From contig OZ024746.1 in the NCBI GenBank assembly GCA_964016885.1, forward strand, positions 21,204,001 through 21,268,000: a stretch of 64,000 nucleotides of DNA. Direction: 5' to 3'. This document shows, piece by piece, positions 41,597-58,774 of the stretch; the first letter of the stretch is position 1, and every line of letters starts with the position of its first letter. Origin of the DNA: Eledone cirrhosa. Lineage: Eukaryota. The translations under genes and the position numbers were made by a program. The notes beneath the pieces were generated by a model, which saw only the letters and a program-made list of their open reading frames with translations, was not told the origin of the DNA and ran no database searches.

Positions 41597-42104
41597 ATGT
41601 ATAGGGCAAAGAGACAAAACAAGCAAAAGCGGAAACAAGGCAGAATACGATTACTAGCTTAGCACTCAAAAATCGAACGTTCAAGAAAAAGGTTTCAGGC
41701 TACACCTTTCATTTGTTGGTAGAGAGAGAAAGGGAAAAAAATATTGGAAAAAATGGGAGAGAGTTGACAAGAAAGTATGTGTGTCTTTGTTAAGATAGGA
41801 ATGATTTATTGATGAGAAAAAACTTTCTAGCTACAACTTACTTTTATTTCCTACGCTCAGCCGTCTTCCCCACATCTAGTGTCTTTCTTTTCGTTTTTGA
41901 TATAGGCGACCAAAACCTAAGATCAAAAACCAAAAGCCCAATCGTGTTTGCGACGAAAACATTATAGCCAAAATGTCGTATTTATAACAGTTTAGTAAAT
42001 TATGACATTCCATATTCAGTTTCAAACAGAACGTTGAAGAAAACGATTTGCAATATTTCTTCTGTCTGTCTGCACTGAGTTCAAATCCCTTTGAAGTCAA
42101 TAGA

Positions 42105-42174
<70 letters not shown>

Positions 42175-42177
<3 letters not shown>

Positions 42178-42552
42178 GGTGGCCCTTATTTTCAACTTTT
42201 TAAAAGTTTAGCTCCCACTACCCCCTATCTTATTCCAATTTTTAAAAAAATAATCTATGCAAAACTTTAGTTCAAGCGGAAAACCGCAAGGCCACCCTCA
42301 TCGACCGTCAAATTTTGAAGTTTTCGCCCGGAAAGTCATTTTTTTTTCAGATAAAATTATTTTATGTCTTATATAATTTTCTCTTAAATTAAAAACTTGT
42401 TCAGACTTATTCTTGGTATTAGAAAGATAAAGAGAAAGGCAACTTGCAAAGCTGGGGACAGAGTGCAAGTATTGGGCAAACACTTATTTTTCGCTGTGGG
42501 AGCAGCAACATTTTAACTTTCGGAAAATTACCTATTGCTAAGGGCCACCCTA
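42175..42552. mobile_element. hATm-type MITE
   Basis: 14-bp TIR TAGGGTGGCCCTTA..TAAGGGCCACCCTA, inserted in RY microsatellite. Confidence 0.8.
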
Positions 42553-42609
42553 ATATACATATATCCGTATGTGGTTGACAGCTGAGAGAAATGAGTACTC
42601 GGTATTGAG

Positions 42610-42647
<38 letters not shown>

Positions 42648-42766
42648 CTCAATACAGAGCCTTTATTCTTATAGCCTGGTCCAATTGATTTTTTATATGG
42701 TTAATTATGCTAATTGGGAGAGGAAATGGTATATATTTTATCTAATAATTCTAAGGACATGATTTA

Positions 42767-42797
<31 letters not shown>

Positions 42798-42881
42798 CTC
42801 TCCTTACTTTCCTTGCTTTCGTATTTCTCCTTGTTCCCCTTTTCTCATTGTATTAGTATATAAACAAGTACATAGATACAA

Positions 42882-43025
42882 GGAGAGTAAGGAGAGCAAG
42901 GATAAAACGGGAGCAAGTAGAGCAATGAGAAAAGGAGAGTAAGGATAAAACGGGAGCAAGTAGAGCAATGAGAAAAGGAGAGTAAGGATAGAAGGGAGCA
43001 AGGATAAAAGGAGAGCAAGGAGGGA
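42882..43025. repeat. Short purine-rich tandem repeat (~43 bp unit)
   Basis: AAGGATAAAACGGGAGCAAGTAGAGCAATGAGAAAAGGAGAGT twice plus partial units. Confidence 0.85.
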
Positions 43026-43099
43026 TTAAGGCAAACATTGCTCAAGTTATGCTGGAAGCAGACAAAGGTAAAGAAGAGGAAGAAGAAAAAAATCAACTG

Positions 43100-43882
43100 A
43101 AGAGGTACATTCTCTCTTTACAAACATCGAGTTTTCGTCTTTTGTAACTTCTGGTACAAAAACTTTCTTCACGAGATTTTATATCAGCACCGATTTCCTT
43201 GACAAAGACCCTTCAACGTGGTTACAAAAGTGGACTTGTAAAACTTGAGAAGACCGCTGTTGTTCTGAATGATGTTTTAGAAAGAAGTGTCAAACTCATT
43301 CAGGATTACAATAACATTCTCACAAAAGATGAAACTGAGAAACAATTTGTTTTAAAGATCGTTACCGAAAACCGTAAAACATACCCAACTGCCACTAAAT
43401 CCTCTCTTATGCAAAAATAATTGTTTCTACTTTTGGCACAAGGCCAGCAATTATCCCAGAGCATTACTGGTACTTTATTTTATCGACCCCCGTAAGGATG
43501 AAAGGCAAAGTTAACCTCGGCGGGATTTGAACTCGGACCGTAAAGGACCGTAACTCTCTGCTGTAAAGCATGGTGTCCGTCTCTACCGATACTGCCAACC
43601 CAATCTTCATTATTCAGTGTTTAGTGTTCACATTATGTTTTGGATTCTATAGAAATTATTGTTGCAAATAAAAATGCATTGCTCTTATAGAAGTTGTGTT
43701 AAGAAAACCGAATATTTCTTAAGTTTTTCATGTTATTTCAGGAATTTTTCAAATTAACTATTGGTAAATTTGATTCTGAAATTTTGCACACCTCGTGTTT
43801 TTGTTGATTGAAACAGGATTAGGGGGTGGGAGCATCAAGATTTTAACTTTCGGAAAATTACCTATTGTTAAGGGCCACCCTA
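43100..43882 (+). mobile_element. 3' portion of a hATm-type transposon (transposase C-terminus and right TIR), with a SINE at 43418-43598 (-)
   Basis: VLNDVLERSVKLIQDYNNILTKDETEKQFVLKIVTENRKTYP; right end matches 42500-42552. Confidence 0.75.
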
Positions 43883-44039
43883 ATGTATATATAAAGAATA
43901 AAATAAGCTTCCACATTAAGGTTAATGATTATGCACAGTTACGACCGTTTTACAGATGGGTGGCTCAGGATCCATGTTAATGTTATAAATCCGACTCCAG
44001 CCAAATCTGCTTACCAGACTTGCTAATTAAGTTTGCTTG

Positions 44040-44440
44040 TTCGAAATGTGACCCTACTTTATGCCTTGGCTAATCCGTTATGTGAGAACCTGTTGCTACT
44101 TGGATGGGATGGTATGGTCGTATATCTCCTGATGGAGTCGTAGGGGTGCCGTATTGACATACTCGAACGGCGTTTCTTAGACATTGTAAGCCTGACGGAG
44201 CCCGTCCCCCCTCTATGTCTTGAGTACAGCAAATTTCTTCCAGAGAAGGATAGGAATCTAGAAAAAGATATAGAGGAAAACATCGACCCCAGTACTTGAC
44301 TGGTATTTTTTTATCGATCTCGAAATGACGAAAGGCAAAGTTGATCTCGGTGGGACTTGAACTCTGAGATTTGAACTCAGCCGGAACGAGTTCCACAAAC
44401 ATTGTATCCGACGTTCTAATGACTCTGCCAATTCACCGCC
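44040..44440 (-). mobile_element. Composite SINE, copy 2
   Basis: SINE head and core 44280-44440 fused to a 3' region homologous to 12760-12960. Confidence 0.75.
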
Positions 44441-45852
44441 TAGCTACTTGGATATTCTTCAGTATATATCATTAACAGTTTCAGCAACAGTTCTGCTATT
44501 CTGATATATTGTTCAAATTTGCAAATTGCTGTAATGGCGTGTTGTACATCACGAGAAGCAAAGATCACACCTTCTGTAACTATTGATTCATTTAGAAGCC
44601 AGTTGATTTTTATGATTCTTTATCGTGTGGAGGCGCATGCCTAGTGGTAAGGGTATTGGACTTACAATCCTAATATAATGGGTTCAATTCCTTGATCGGG
44701 TTGTGTGTAGCGTTCTTGTGCAAAACACCTCATTCACGTTGCTCCAGTATACTCAGCTGAAAATGAGTACCAGCAGTATTAGATGGAGGTTTAACCCTGC
44801 GATGGACTAGTATCCTGTCCAAGAGGAAATCTTGTAATCTCAGTCGCCTCACACCGCGGAGATAAGCTTCCAGGCTCGGGACAGACTTTAGACTTTAGAC
44901 TTTGGACTTTATCCTATCCTACTCTAGGTTTTTCTGTATCCAGAGGAATAATTGAAAATGTTTACACAAATACTTTCCTACCATGGCACTTTAAGCATGT
45001 ATTTTCTATAGCATTTAAGTTATGCAATGCCTTGCGAGAAAACATTTGGTAGACGGAAACTATGAAGAAGCCCAATATATGTGTACAATATATGTATGTT
45101 TGTGTCTCTATCTGTGTTTAAGTTTAGCCACTTATAACGATTACTTTTTTATGTCCCGTAACATAGCGGTTCAGCACATATAGATTGATATGTGTTCAAG
45201 TCTGGAAAAATATATGCTGTTGTCGATTAAACCTCTTCAAAGAGATGCTCCAGCATGGTTGAGTCTAATGGCTGAAACCAGTAAATGAATAATAGATAGA
45301 TAAACAGACAGAGATAGATTGATATTTAGGCTGATAGGTATTTAGACTGACAAATAGCTAGATAGATTGATAGATATATATATTGACTGGTGGAGAGAGG
45401 GAAAAATGGATAAATAAATATCTAGACTGGCAGATAGATAGAAAGAAAGAAAGATCAATAGACAGACAGCTAGATTGAAAAGAAGAAACACTACACTACC
45501 GACGGTTTTCTCCTAATTTATATAATGCATATTATCTCATTTCATTCTACATATCAGATGAAATTATCCTGTATATCTTATGGTAACTTTTAAACGGATC
45601 GGAATAAATAAAACTGCAAATAATGAAAGGGAAATGAAAAACAAAAGATGGAATTAAAATTTAAGAATTTATACGACCACATTAAATGAGCAATGGAATA
45701 ACTTTAAAATATTTAATAAGTTTTAAATATTTATAAGAAAAACCGGAAGATATGAAATTGTGAAATCTAAAAGTACTTTGAATGTTATCCCCTTGAAATA
45801 TGTGAACAACATTTTATTCTTTGAGTTTTCTTTTTTTTTTTTTTTTGTAAAT

Positions 45853-46053
45853 TACGAGGGTCGGCTGAAAAGTTCATAGGCTGCCAAGATACTCTCATGG
45901 AATGACCAAATGAGATTTATTTTTCAACATAACCCCTGGAAAGATACATTACAGTTATTAATAAGAGGAGTTTAAATTGATGCATGTAAGATTTCACAGC
46001 TCTTGCATCACTCCTTCATAGTCAGCCTATGAATTTTTCAGTCGTCTTTCGTA
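45853..46053. mobile_element. Mariner-type MITE
   Basis: TACGAGGGTCGGCTGAAAAGTTCATAGGCTG..CAGCCTATGAATTTTTCAGTCGTCTTTCGTA with TA ends. Confidence 0.85.
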
Positions 46054-46352
46054 TAAAAGCTATAGGTATTGAAGTGGAAGAGTGGTTAGAACACCAGACA
46101 GAATGATATGTGGTAGTCAAATCCCGCCTGGATTCAAGTTTTCCTTTCATCCTTTCAGGGTCGATAAATAAATACCAGACAAGTTTTGGGGTGGGACGAG
46201 TGAGCCGTTCGCTAATCTGTCCCTCATTTTCTAACGCACTCTCTTTCTCTGTAAAACATCGGCTGTGTTTCGACTCAATCATATATATATATGTATATAT
46301 AGATACGCACGCACGCATATATGTATGTATGTGTATATATATATATATATAT

Positions 46353-47062
46353 AACGATGGAAATTAGGTAAGGAACCAGGTGGACCATCACGCACCAAAG
46401 TACTCAATACTTAGGGTAGTAGAGTGGGTAATAGGAACGAGTAGGACCCCGACGGCTGAGCTCAAGCCGTTTCGACGGCTAATTCTGGACTAAATGAACA
46501 TTTTTATCCTGGTATATGAATAGCCGAGCTTCTCAGGGGGTAATTCCATATATGGTAAAAGTTATTGTCACAAGGATTGGTCAAAAGTTTGTTGTTGAGA
46601 CACATAATTCTATCATGGCAATTTGTGGAGGGAAGGGGTAGCTGAACTTGCCAGTAGAAGAAAGAGGGAGAGGGACTGGAGGAAACCCAGTCGTGCGTTG
46701 ATAGTGCCAACTACAGCAGAATCCTAGGGATAAGAGGTCAAGAGAAGTATACTAGGGAAGGGGAGGGGGAGGAAGTCGAAACAATAAGTAAAACAGTATG
46801 GAGTAAATATATAGAAAAATACCGAGAATGTTAAAAAAAATAATTAAAGGTAAAAAAAACAATTTCTGGTTACTATAACCTAAGGACAGCTATCAAGTCT
46901 CTCACTGGTACTGCTAGACTAAAGAAAGGTTTAATAGGTGGGACGGAATTATAATGAGGCCCTTTTAAGAGGTATAAGTAATCAACCGAGTATATCTTAC
47001 GGTGACGGGTCAACAAGTGGGGGGGCCAAAATACTAAAGAAACTACCACGAAATAATAATTC

Positions 47063-47063
<1 letters not shown>
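46353..47063 (-). mobile_element. Longest family A element: ~710 bp, non-coding, not folded back, (TA)n on both sides
   Basis: 46353-46495 matches the other family A copies; contains the whole hammerhead; no RT or GIY-YIG ORF recognised. Confidence 0.8.
46446..46541 (-). ncRNA. Hammerhead-like ribozyme with variant core CUGAGAA
   Basis: ACCCC-CTGAGAA-GCT-CGGCTA..TAGCCG-TC-GAAA-CGGCT(TGAGCTC)AGCCG-TC^-GGGGT: 5-bp stems I and III, GUC triplet. Confidence 0.65.
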
Positions 47064-47112
<49 letters not shown>

Positions 47113-47141
47113 GTGTGTGTGTATATATGTGTGTATATATG

Positions 47142-47172
<31 letters not shown>

Positions 47173-47180
47173 GTATATAT

Positions 47181-47790
47181 GTCAGGTCACCAGTTGGTGC
47201 TACTGGTAACGTGTATCCCAGTACAACCTGTCTCATGGTCGGGTCGTTGGCGACTAAACTGGCAACCCCACCAAGGTTTCTTGGTGAGGAGGGTGACTTT
47301 GGACATCCTGCAGGACTAAAAACAAAACCTGTCAAAGGGCAAAGGAGCTCTTAAGAGTCAATGGCCATCCAAAATCACCGGGAGAGATGACCCCTTAGCC
47401 TTTGTCAAGGCAGAATTCTAGGAGAAGGAAAACTCTGATATAACACCTGCAACCCTGATGGTATCCAATGATGTTGACTTGTTCTTCTTTTTGGTAAATA
47501 TCATCTTGGTTAAGAGAGTGGGACTGGCTTTGTGCAGTGCCTTTGCTCACTATAAAAGCTTCACGGCACAGGCATTGCTTTATATCTGGAGATCTCTCTG
47601 CACTTGTCGTCACATGGTACCATGGGCCCAGCACTATGTGTCAGTAATTGTCACAAGTGTAGTGTTTGTACCAGAGTTTTCAAGTCGCTGGCTGGACTAA
47701 AAAGTCACACTCGTTCAGCGCATCGGTAGGGGTTCTCCTACATGGATATAAAGTAGTGGCCGTACTCGAAAACGAGTTGGCAGCCACCAT
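47181..47790 (+). mobile_element. Full-length RTE-derived non-autonomous element
   Basis: Near-identical to 10712-11321 and 57083-57677. Confidence 0.9.
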
Positions 47791-52091
<4,301 letters not shown>

Positions 52092-52599
52092 CATAAAGTT
52101 TTTCTCATAGCAGTTATTTAATTAAAGGTGGACACAGTCTAAACTCCAATGAGATTGAAAATGAGTACAATGAAATCTCGACTCTCTAAGCTTTCATATA
52201 TTCAGTGCAATCGTCACACTCATATTGAAATTGATTTCATTAAAATATGTGCCAGCAATATACTGGTATTGAATCGAATTGGTTATAGATTTAATGCATA
52301 TAAGTTGACCAATTCTGTATTGATACAATATTATTATAAAACACCACACAAATTGTTAATATCAAGATGGTGAATATATATCATACAATATATATACGTA
52401 AATATACACACGCTGACAGTGACGTATATGATTATGGCTCTTGTACTGTGATGTACCTGTAAAATATTAATGAACACAATCTGCATCTACATAGTTTAGA
52501 ATGAGCTTTTCATTTCAAACTCTCTCATACTCGCTTTGTGCAGCATTGTTGTCTTTCTCTTTTCTGCCAGTTCACCTTTTCTTTTTCACTTTCAATATG

Positions 52600-52922
52600 G
52601 TATGGACCAGTGACTCCTAGTAAAATCGCAGGGGCGCCATATTAACATACTGCTTTTAAAACCTGGTGGAGCAGATCACCACTTCAGCTCTGAACACAGC
52701 AGATTTCTTCCAAGGAAAGATAAAAAGTAATAGAGAGAAGTGAAAAAGAGATATAGAGGAAAAATCGACCCCAGTTCTTGACTGGTACTTTTTTTTCTTG
52801 ACCTCGAAAGAGCGAAAGGGAGAGTTGATCTCGGTGAGGTGTGAACTCGAAGAACAGACAGCCGAAACGAATACTGCAAAACATTCTATCTGGTGCTCTA
52901 AGAACTCTGCCAATTTGCCGCC
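52600..52922 (-). mobile_element. Composite SINE, copy 3
   Basis: ACAGCAGATTTCTTCC region plus SINE core and head. Confidence 0.7.
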
Positions 52923-53029
52923 CACTTTCAATACATAATCCACAAAAATCACAAATTATTAAGGTGCTTCTTGTTTGAAATAGTTTCTGTTTTCTTCCTT
53001 ATTTGTATTAATGATTTCTGTTAATTGAT

Positions 53030-53260
53030 GTCTTCAAAGATGTTCTCTCATTTGCAGCACTCCCTTGTGCTTAGTATGACGCCTGATTATGCTGCTATTG
53101 CAGGTGCTTTTGGGGTCCAGCGTGTCTACATTTACTATATTCTCTCTGAGAAAGTTCGCCGAACGGCAATTATATTAGAATCCATACGTTTAACATGGCC
53201 TAGCAATCATAGTTGTCTCTTACCCTCGGATTAATATCATGCTTGGTTTTTTTCCCTCAA
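53030..53260 (-). mobile_element. Degraded RTE-like LINE 3' fragment
   Basis: RQL*LLGHVKRMDS (LRWLGHVxRM-like). Confidence 0.5.
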
Positions 53261-56064
53261 TGCAACACACAGTGATCATATCTTTTTGTCAGATATTTAA
53301 GATTTAACGGCAGCATTATAAAAGGAAAGAAGTAAACGTTTTCACAAACCATGCAGTGATTCGCTGAGAATGTATGGTTCATAGTTTTCTGATCTTAGAC
53401 TTAGCATTGAATATTCAGTTCGTCTATCTCCGTTTTGTAAGGTTTCCATATTTCATGGCGGGATTGCCTATCCTGATAATCTCTTCATCTAAAGATATTA
53501 AACATATATATAATTGAGAGAGAGAGGGAGTGAACAAATGAAACAAAACAAACACAGAGATGCAACAAAAAACCAGACATATATTGTTTATTGTTTATCA
53601 TTGACATTAATATAAAAAATAATAATTATATTTCTTTAGGCCCCAAATTTCATATAACTTAGGGCCTCAGCGGGTGTGAGTTTGGCCCGGGAGGCAAGGT
53701 TTGAAGGTATAGCTAGTTTTATCTTTGAATCTACTGAAAATGATAAACAATATGGAACAACAGTTTCAACTTACACATAACCTTTAAAAAACAAACAAAA
53801 CAATTGTAGACTACTATATCACTTAGGTCGTTGATCGGCCTCATAAAAATAACAAAATATGATGTGGCGTTTGCATTGCCGAGAAATGGTAAGCAACTGC
53901 AACCGATGCCATAACAAGAATAAAATCACAGGGGGTAGGTAGATGTAAACACGTTGATAAATGAATAATATATAACTGGACATGGTGCCCTTGAATGAAA
54001 CATTGTGTTCAGAAATGTCTGAGCAGTGAGTAACTGAGTGCAGGATTTTTGAATATACGCTTCCCTTTCTTCCTTCTTAGCTTATCTTTTTCTTTCTTAC
54101 ACTATTCATTATTTCTGTATTATCAAACTGAGATTTCCCCCTGAATTGAACTATTTCTAATTTGATAAATTTCTAGCCTATATAAGAAACATTAAAATTC
54201 ATTACAAATCGATAATTTAATTATCAATTGGCTCCATCCAGCCATAATTTACATTTACAAAAGGAAAATTATATATATATTTTTTCGGGATGATCAAAAT
54301 ATTGTGGAACTTCGTATAAGTACAGATGCCTTAGAAAGGAGAAAACCGCCCCAATAGTAATGTATATCAATCTACCTATCTATCTTTTATTCTTTTAATG
54401 GTTTCAGCCATTAGAGAGTGGCCATTCGATGGCACCTTCTTGATGGCTTTAATCGTTCATATCGACAACAACATTCACGCTTAAAAGCTGTGACATATTA
54501 TATAGATCTCTATTTGTTAAACTGTTATGCTATCTCAAAAGAGTAGCTGTTATCAAGTGGTATAACATTTAACACAAACATAAATTGTATACAGTGGGCT
54601 TCCTTATAGTTTCCGCCTTTCCGCCTACGAAATTTTACTCGCAAGGCATTGGCAACCTGGAACTATGCTATATATTTAACTAAGATGACAAGCAATGGGA
54701 GTGTACACGAATATTTGGTTGTCTTGAAACATTGTTACCATTTTTCAAGAATTATAACAGATTTGTCACAGAGATCGAGATCTCTTACAGAACATTCCAC
54801 GAACAAACTTTTTTTCCGAAACTAATGCCCCCTCCGGGAAACAGATATAATTTAAGAAAGGAGATGCAAAAAAAGAATGAAATTTCTAAGGGAGTGGGTG
54901 TGGGAGAGAAAAGAGGCAGGCTGTTGAGGAAGAAACAAACAAATGTTCTTTTCTGACTCCAGCTCTGCGTTCTTTCTCTCTCTACCACATTTTATTTCAC
55001 ATCTCTTTCTCTCTCTTTCACATAATCATCTCTCTCTTACACACACACAGATGTGGTTATACAAACGAGTGAAACAAAACTCAGTACATATTTTTATTTT
55101 ATGCTATTACCGTGAATCTATATCAGAGATTTAAAGATCTAGGTGTTTTGCTCCAAGCACATATCAAATGTAATAAGTGATTATAGGCCCTTCAGTCACT
55201 GCTTTAGCTTTGAATTATGTGTGTGTGTCTGTGTTTCTCTATACGTGTGTTGCTGAAAATATGACAAATCTACGCGAGCTATACGTAATCGCATTCAAAT
55301 ACATTGTTATCATTCTGAGATTTCAATTAAGCCTACGCCAGGCAGCGGAATATTTACCAAAATCTATATACAGCTTATATTAAACGATTTCAGGTAAGCT
55401 TGATATAGTAAATATCACTACTGTATTTGAATTAGAAGCTTTGCTTATGAAAATAACTATGTGCAAACATTTACAGTTATTCCTCTGGACATAGAAAAGC
55501 TTAAAGTAGGATAGAATAAAGAATTATGAAAATCAACTGGCTCGTTGTAGAAAACGTGTTCCCTTAAATGGTTTCTGAAGATGTAATCTTTGTTTCTCAT
55601 TATCCAAGTAACAACAGACAGGGCGAGATGTACCTACTTGTGGGCCCTAGCCAAACTCATAAGTTGACCCCAAAATTTAAAGAAATGTTGGCATGTTTCA
55701 GTATCCAATATATATATTGCAGACCTTCCAACCTCTAAAAAAAAAAAAACGGAGAATATCATGAAAAAAAAACGTGCCCCAAGAGAAATAAGGCAAAATA
55801 GGGAAATTTTACATAATGAAAGCTATACCCATTTCTATAAAGACGGGGAGAAATGAACCAAAACGGTGAGCTCTCCCTGTCGGACGGGGAGAGTTGACAG
55901 GTCTGATTTTGCTTACTATAATTTGTTTGCAATGACCAAATGATAACAATTACTACATAATATCATAATATTATAATATTTACAGTGTAAGAAATACGAA
56001 TTTCAACACAATGTAACACTTCGTTATGACAAATTAGTTTCAGTGTGCTTTATCAATTGTTATT

Positions 56065-56241
56065 TGCAGTATCGGTAGAGGGTTGGACGCCATGCTTTCT
56101 AGCATAGTTACGTCCCTTTACGGTTTGAGTTCAAATCCCGCCGAGGTTAACTTTGCCTTTCATCCTTACGGGGTCGATAAAATAAAGTACCAGTAATGTA
56201 CTGGGTAATTGCTGGCCTTGTGCCTAAAGTAGAAACAATTA
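56065..56241 (+). mobile_element. Major-family SINE, close to consensus
   Basis: Consensus match. Confidence 0.9.
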
Positions 56242-56309
56242 TACTTACTTTTATCGGCCCAGTTCTATTTTTTCTGCTATATACGATGGCTATATAAAAT
56301 CCTTGTTTG

Positions 56310-56359
56310 ACAGTTTCTGAGGATGAGCTCAACAGAGACCGAAACTATAGTAAAACTGT
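56310..56359 (+). ncRNA. Minimal type I hammerhead ribozyme
   Basis: ACAGTTT-CTGAGGA-TGAG-CTC(AACA)GAG-ACC-GAAAC(TATA)GTA^-AAACTGT: 7-bp stem I, palindromic ACTATAGT. Confidence 0.75.
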
Positions 56360-56624
56360 ATATCTTTTTCAATGTACGCAGAAAATACACTTTCAGGCAG
56401 CTTCGGTTAAAAACAAACAGAAAAAAAAACTGTACTGTTTATACAGATAATATACTTCTGCAGATTACTGCACAATTTAACACTCACAAACACATGTTTT
56501 CCTCCATAATGACTGAGTGAATACACACGTTTTTTTTCTCTCGTTTTTCTCAATGTTTTATTTTTCCCCCATTCCTTCCTCTTCTCATTCTCTATCTTTC
56601 TATTTCATCTTTCATTTCTCATTG

Positions 56625-56662
56625 TCTCTGCTGATGAAGGACTAGTATCCGAAACGTAAGAA
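56625..56662 (+). ncRNA. Minimal hammerhead core with degenerate stem I (Penelope pLTR remnant)
   Basis: CTGATGA-A-GGA(CTAGTA)TCC-GAAACGTA. Confidence 0.6.
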
Positions 56663-57049
56663 CCCTTTTCCTGCTAAATCAAGGGTTAAACTAATATATT
56701 TCATACTTTACTGTGTCATTTGCTTTGTTATTTCTGCTTACGTTTTGCACACACACGCATAATGGGGGGTATATTTCTATAAATTTTGAGATTCTATATT
56801 TACGCATACAAATATATTTAAATATTCATATCCATTTAAAAATAGGTTCAGTGCGTGTCGTAAGAAAAGAACGACTAAAATAGTGCCAGGAGGGGCTTCT
56901 TGTTTTAAAACATTGCCAGCATGAACACGTTGCCGTAAAAACGATGATATGTATGTATGTGTGGCATATTCATGTACTCTCTCTCTCTCACACGCACATA
57001 TATATATACATACAGTTATATATATGTATGTATGTGTATATATTATATA

Positions 57050-57080
<31 letters not shown>

Positions 57081-57082
57081 AT

Positions 57083-57677
57083 GTCAGGTCACCAGTTGGT
57101 GCTACTGGTAACATGTATCCCAGTACAACCTGTCTCATGGTCGGGTCGTTGGCGACTAAACTGGCAACCCCACCAAGGTTTCTTGGTGAGGAGGGTGACT
57201 TTGGACATCCTGCAGGACTAAAATCAAAACCTGTCAAAGGAGCTCTTAAGAGTCAATGGCTATCCAAAATCACCGGGAGAGATGACCCCTTAGCCTTTGT
57301 CAAGGCAGAATTCTAGGAGGAGGAAAACTCTGATATAACACCTGCAACCCTGATGGTATCCAATGATGTTGACTTGTTCTTCTTTTTGGTAAATATCATC
57401 TTGGTTAAGAGAGTGGGACTGGCTTTGTGCAGTGCCTTTGCTCACTATAAAAGCTTCACGGCACAGGCATTGCTTTATATCTGGAGATCTCTCTGCACTT
57501 GTCGTCACATGGGCCCAGCACTATGTGTCAATAATTGTCACAAGTGTAGTGTTTGTACCAGAGTTTTCAAGTCGCTGGCTGGACTAAAAAGTCACACTCG
57601 TTCAGCGCATCGGTAGGAGTTCTCCTACATGGATATAAAGTAGTGGCCGTACTCGAAAACGAGTTGGCAGCCACCAT
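57083..57677 (+). mobile_element. RTE-derived non-autonomous element with two small deletions
   Basis: Homologous to 47181-47790; encodes [22 protein letters not shown] (C2H2) remnant. Confidence 0.9.
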
Positions 57678-57930
57678 ATATATATATATATATATTATTT
57701 ATTTATGTTCAAACAGTAACAAAATGTATGTATATATGTATGTGTGTGTTTATGTGTCTGTATATTTTCACATTAACATTGTTATATTCCACAAAGCTGT
57801 AGTTTGACATGTCAAGATCAGCGGGACAATTACATTACTTAAAAATCAAGTAAGTTTTGACGTCACTATTACAGGTCATAGTTTATTGGCTCAAACGTCT
57901 TATCAAATAACCAAACCACGTCAGCATTTC

Positions 57931-58118
57931 TTCGAAAGTCGGCTGAAATGTTCATAGGTTAACTAAGATACTCTGATGGAATAACCAAATGAGGTTTATT
58001 TCTCAACATAGTCACTGGAAAGAAACAATGCAGTTACTAATAAGAAGAGTTGAAATTAATGCCTGCAAGATTTCACAGCTCAAGCATCACCCCTTCATGA
58101 ACTTTTCAGCCTACCTTC

Positions 58119-58162
<44 letters not shown>

Positions 58163-58294
58163 CGTTCATAGGCTGACCAAGACTCTCTCGTGGAATGACC
58201 AATAAGAAAAATTGAAATCAATGCATTCAAAATTTCACAGCTCTAGCATCAATCTTTCTTAGTCAGCCTATGAAGTTTTCGGCCGAAAGTCGTA
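57931..58294. mobile_element. Two further mariner-type MITE copies (57931-58120, 58162-58294) separated by (TA)n
   Basis: Homologous to 45853-46053. Confidence 0.8.
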
Positions 58295-58774
58295 TATTTA
58301 CATTTGAAATGAAGTTGTGCCAGTATAAATGACTACAACACCACCTATATCCACTTTTCTCCCGTTAAAAGGGTGTTGGCACTTTACCCAATTTTTTTCA
58401 ATAATTATTTATAGTGATCGAATATTATTATCGTCATTTGCGTTGGGACAACCACATTTCAAATTTTCCAATGACTCCTAAGTCAATTAGATGCCCTGAC
58501 TTCTCCCTATAGTAGTCTTGAAATCTAAAAAGTTGGCAAATGCCGCCAAGGATCCCTCAGCATAATGGTTAATGTATTCGCCCAACATCCAAGAGATACT
58601 TGGTTTAATGACTTGCTGGTGTCGATATATATACAGAGAGGTGGGGGGAGGGTTATTTATCACTGGTATACAGAAGATCTCAATGGTAGGGGCGAGATTA
58701 ACAGTAAAACGATCTTATTTTAGGTTGCTGTACTAGGATTCTACACATCGTTAACTTTGTAAAAATGGTTATAT

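Noticed and set aside
41685-41730. Minus-strand hammerhead remnant (ATGAAAGG..CCTGAAAC)
   Set aside because: CUGA core lost; too degraded to call
44625-44700. tRNA gene (also 58550-58622)
   Set aside because: A/B-box-like motifs only, no cloverleaf; SINE heads
47181-47275. Canonical HDV-like ribozyme at the RTE-derived element 5' end
   Set aside because: P4-like hairpin and CUAA are present, but no consistent P1/P3 could be built and the 10510 copy breaks the putative P2
57353-57616. C2H2 zinc-finger gene
   Set aside because: Lies inside a multi-copy retroelement; the frame differs between copies
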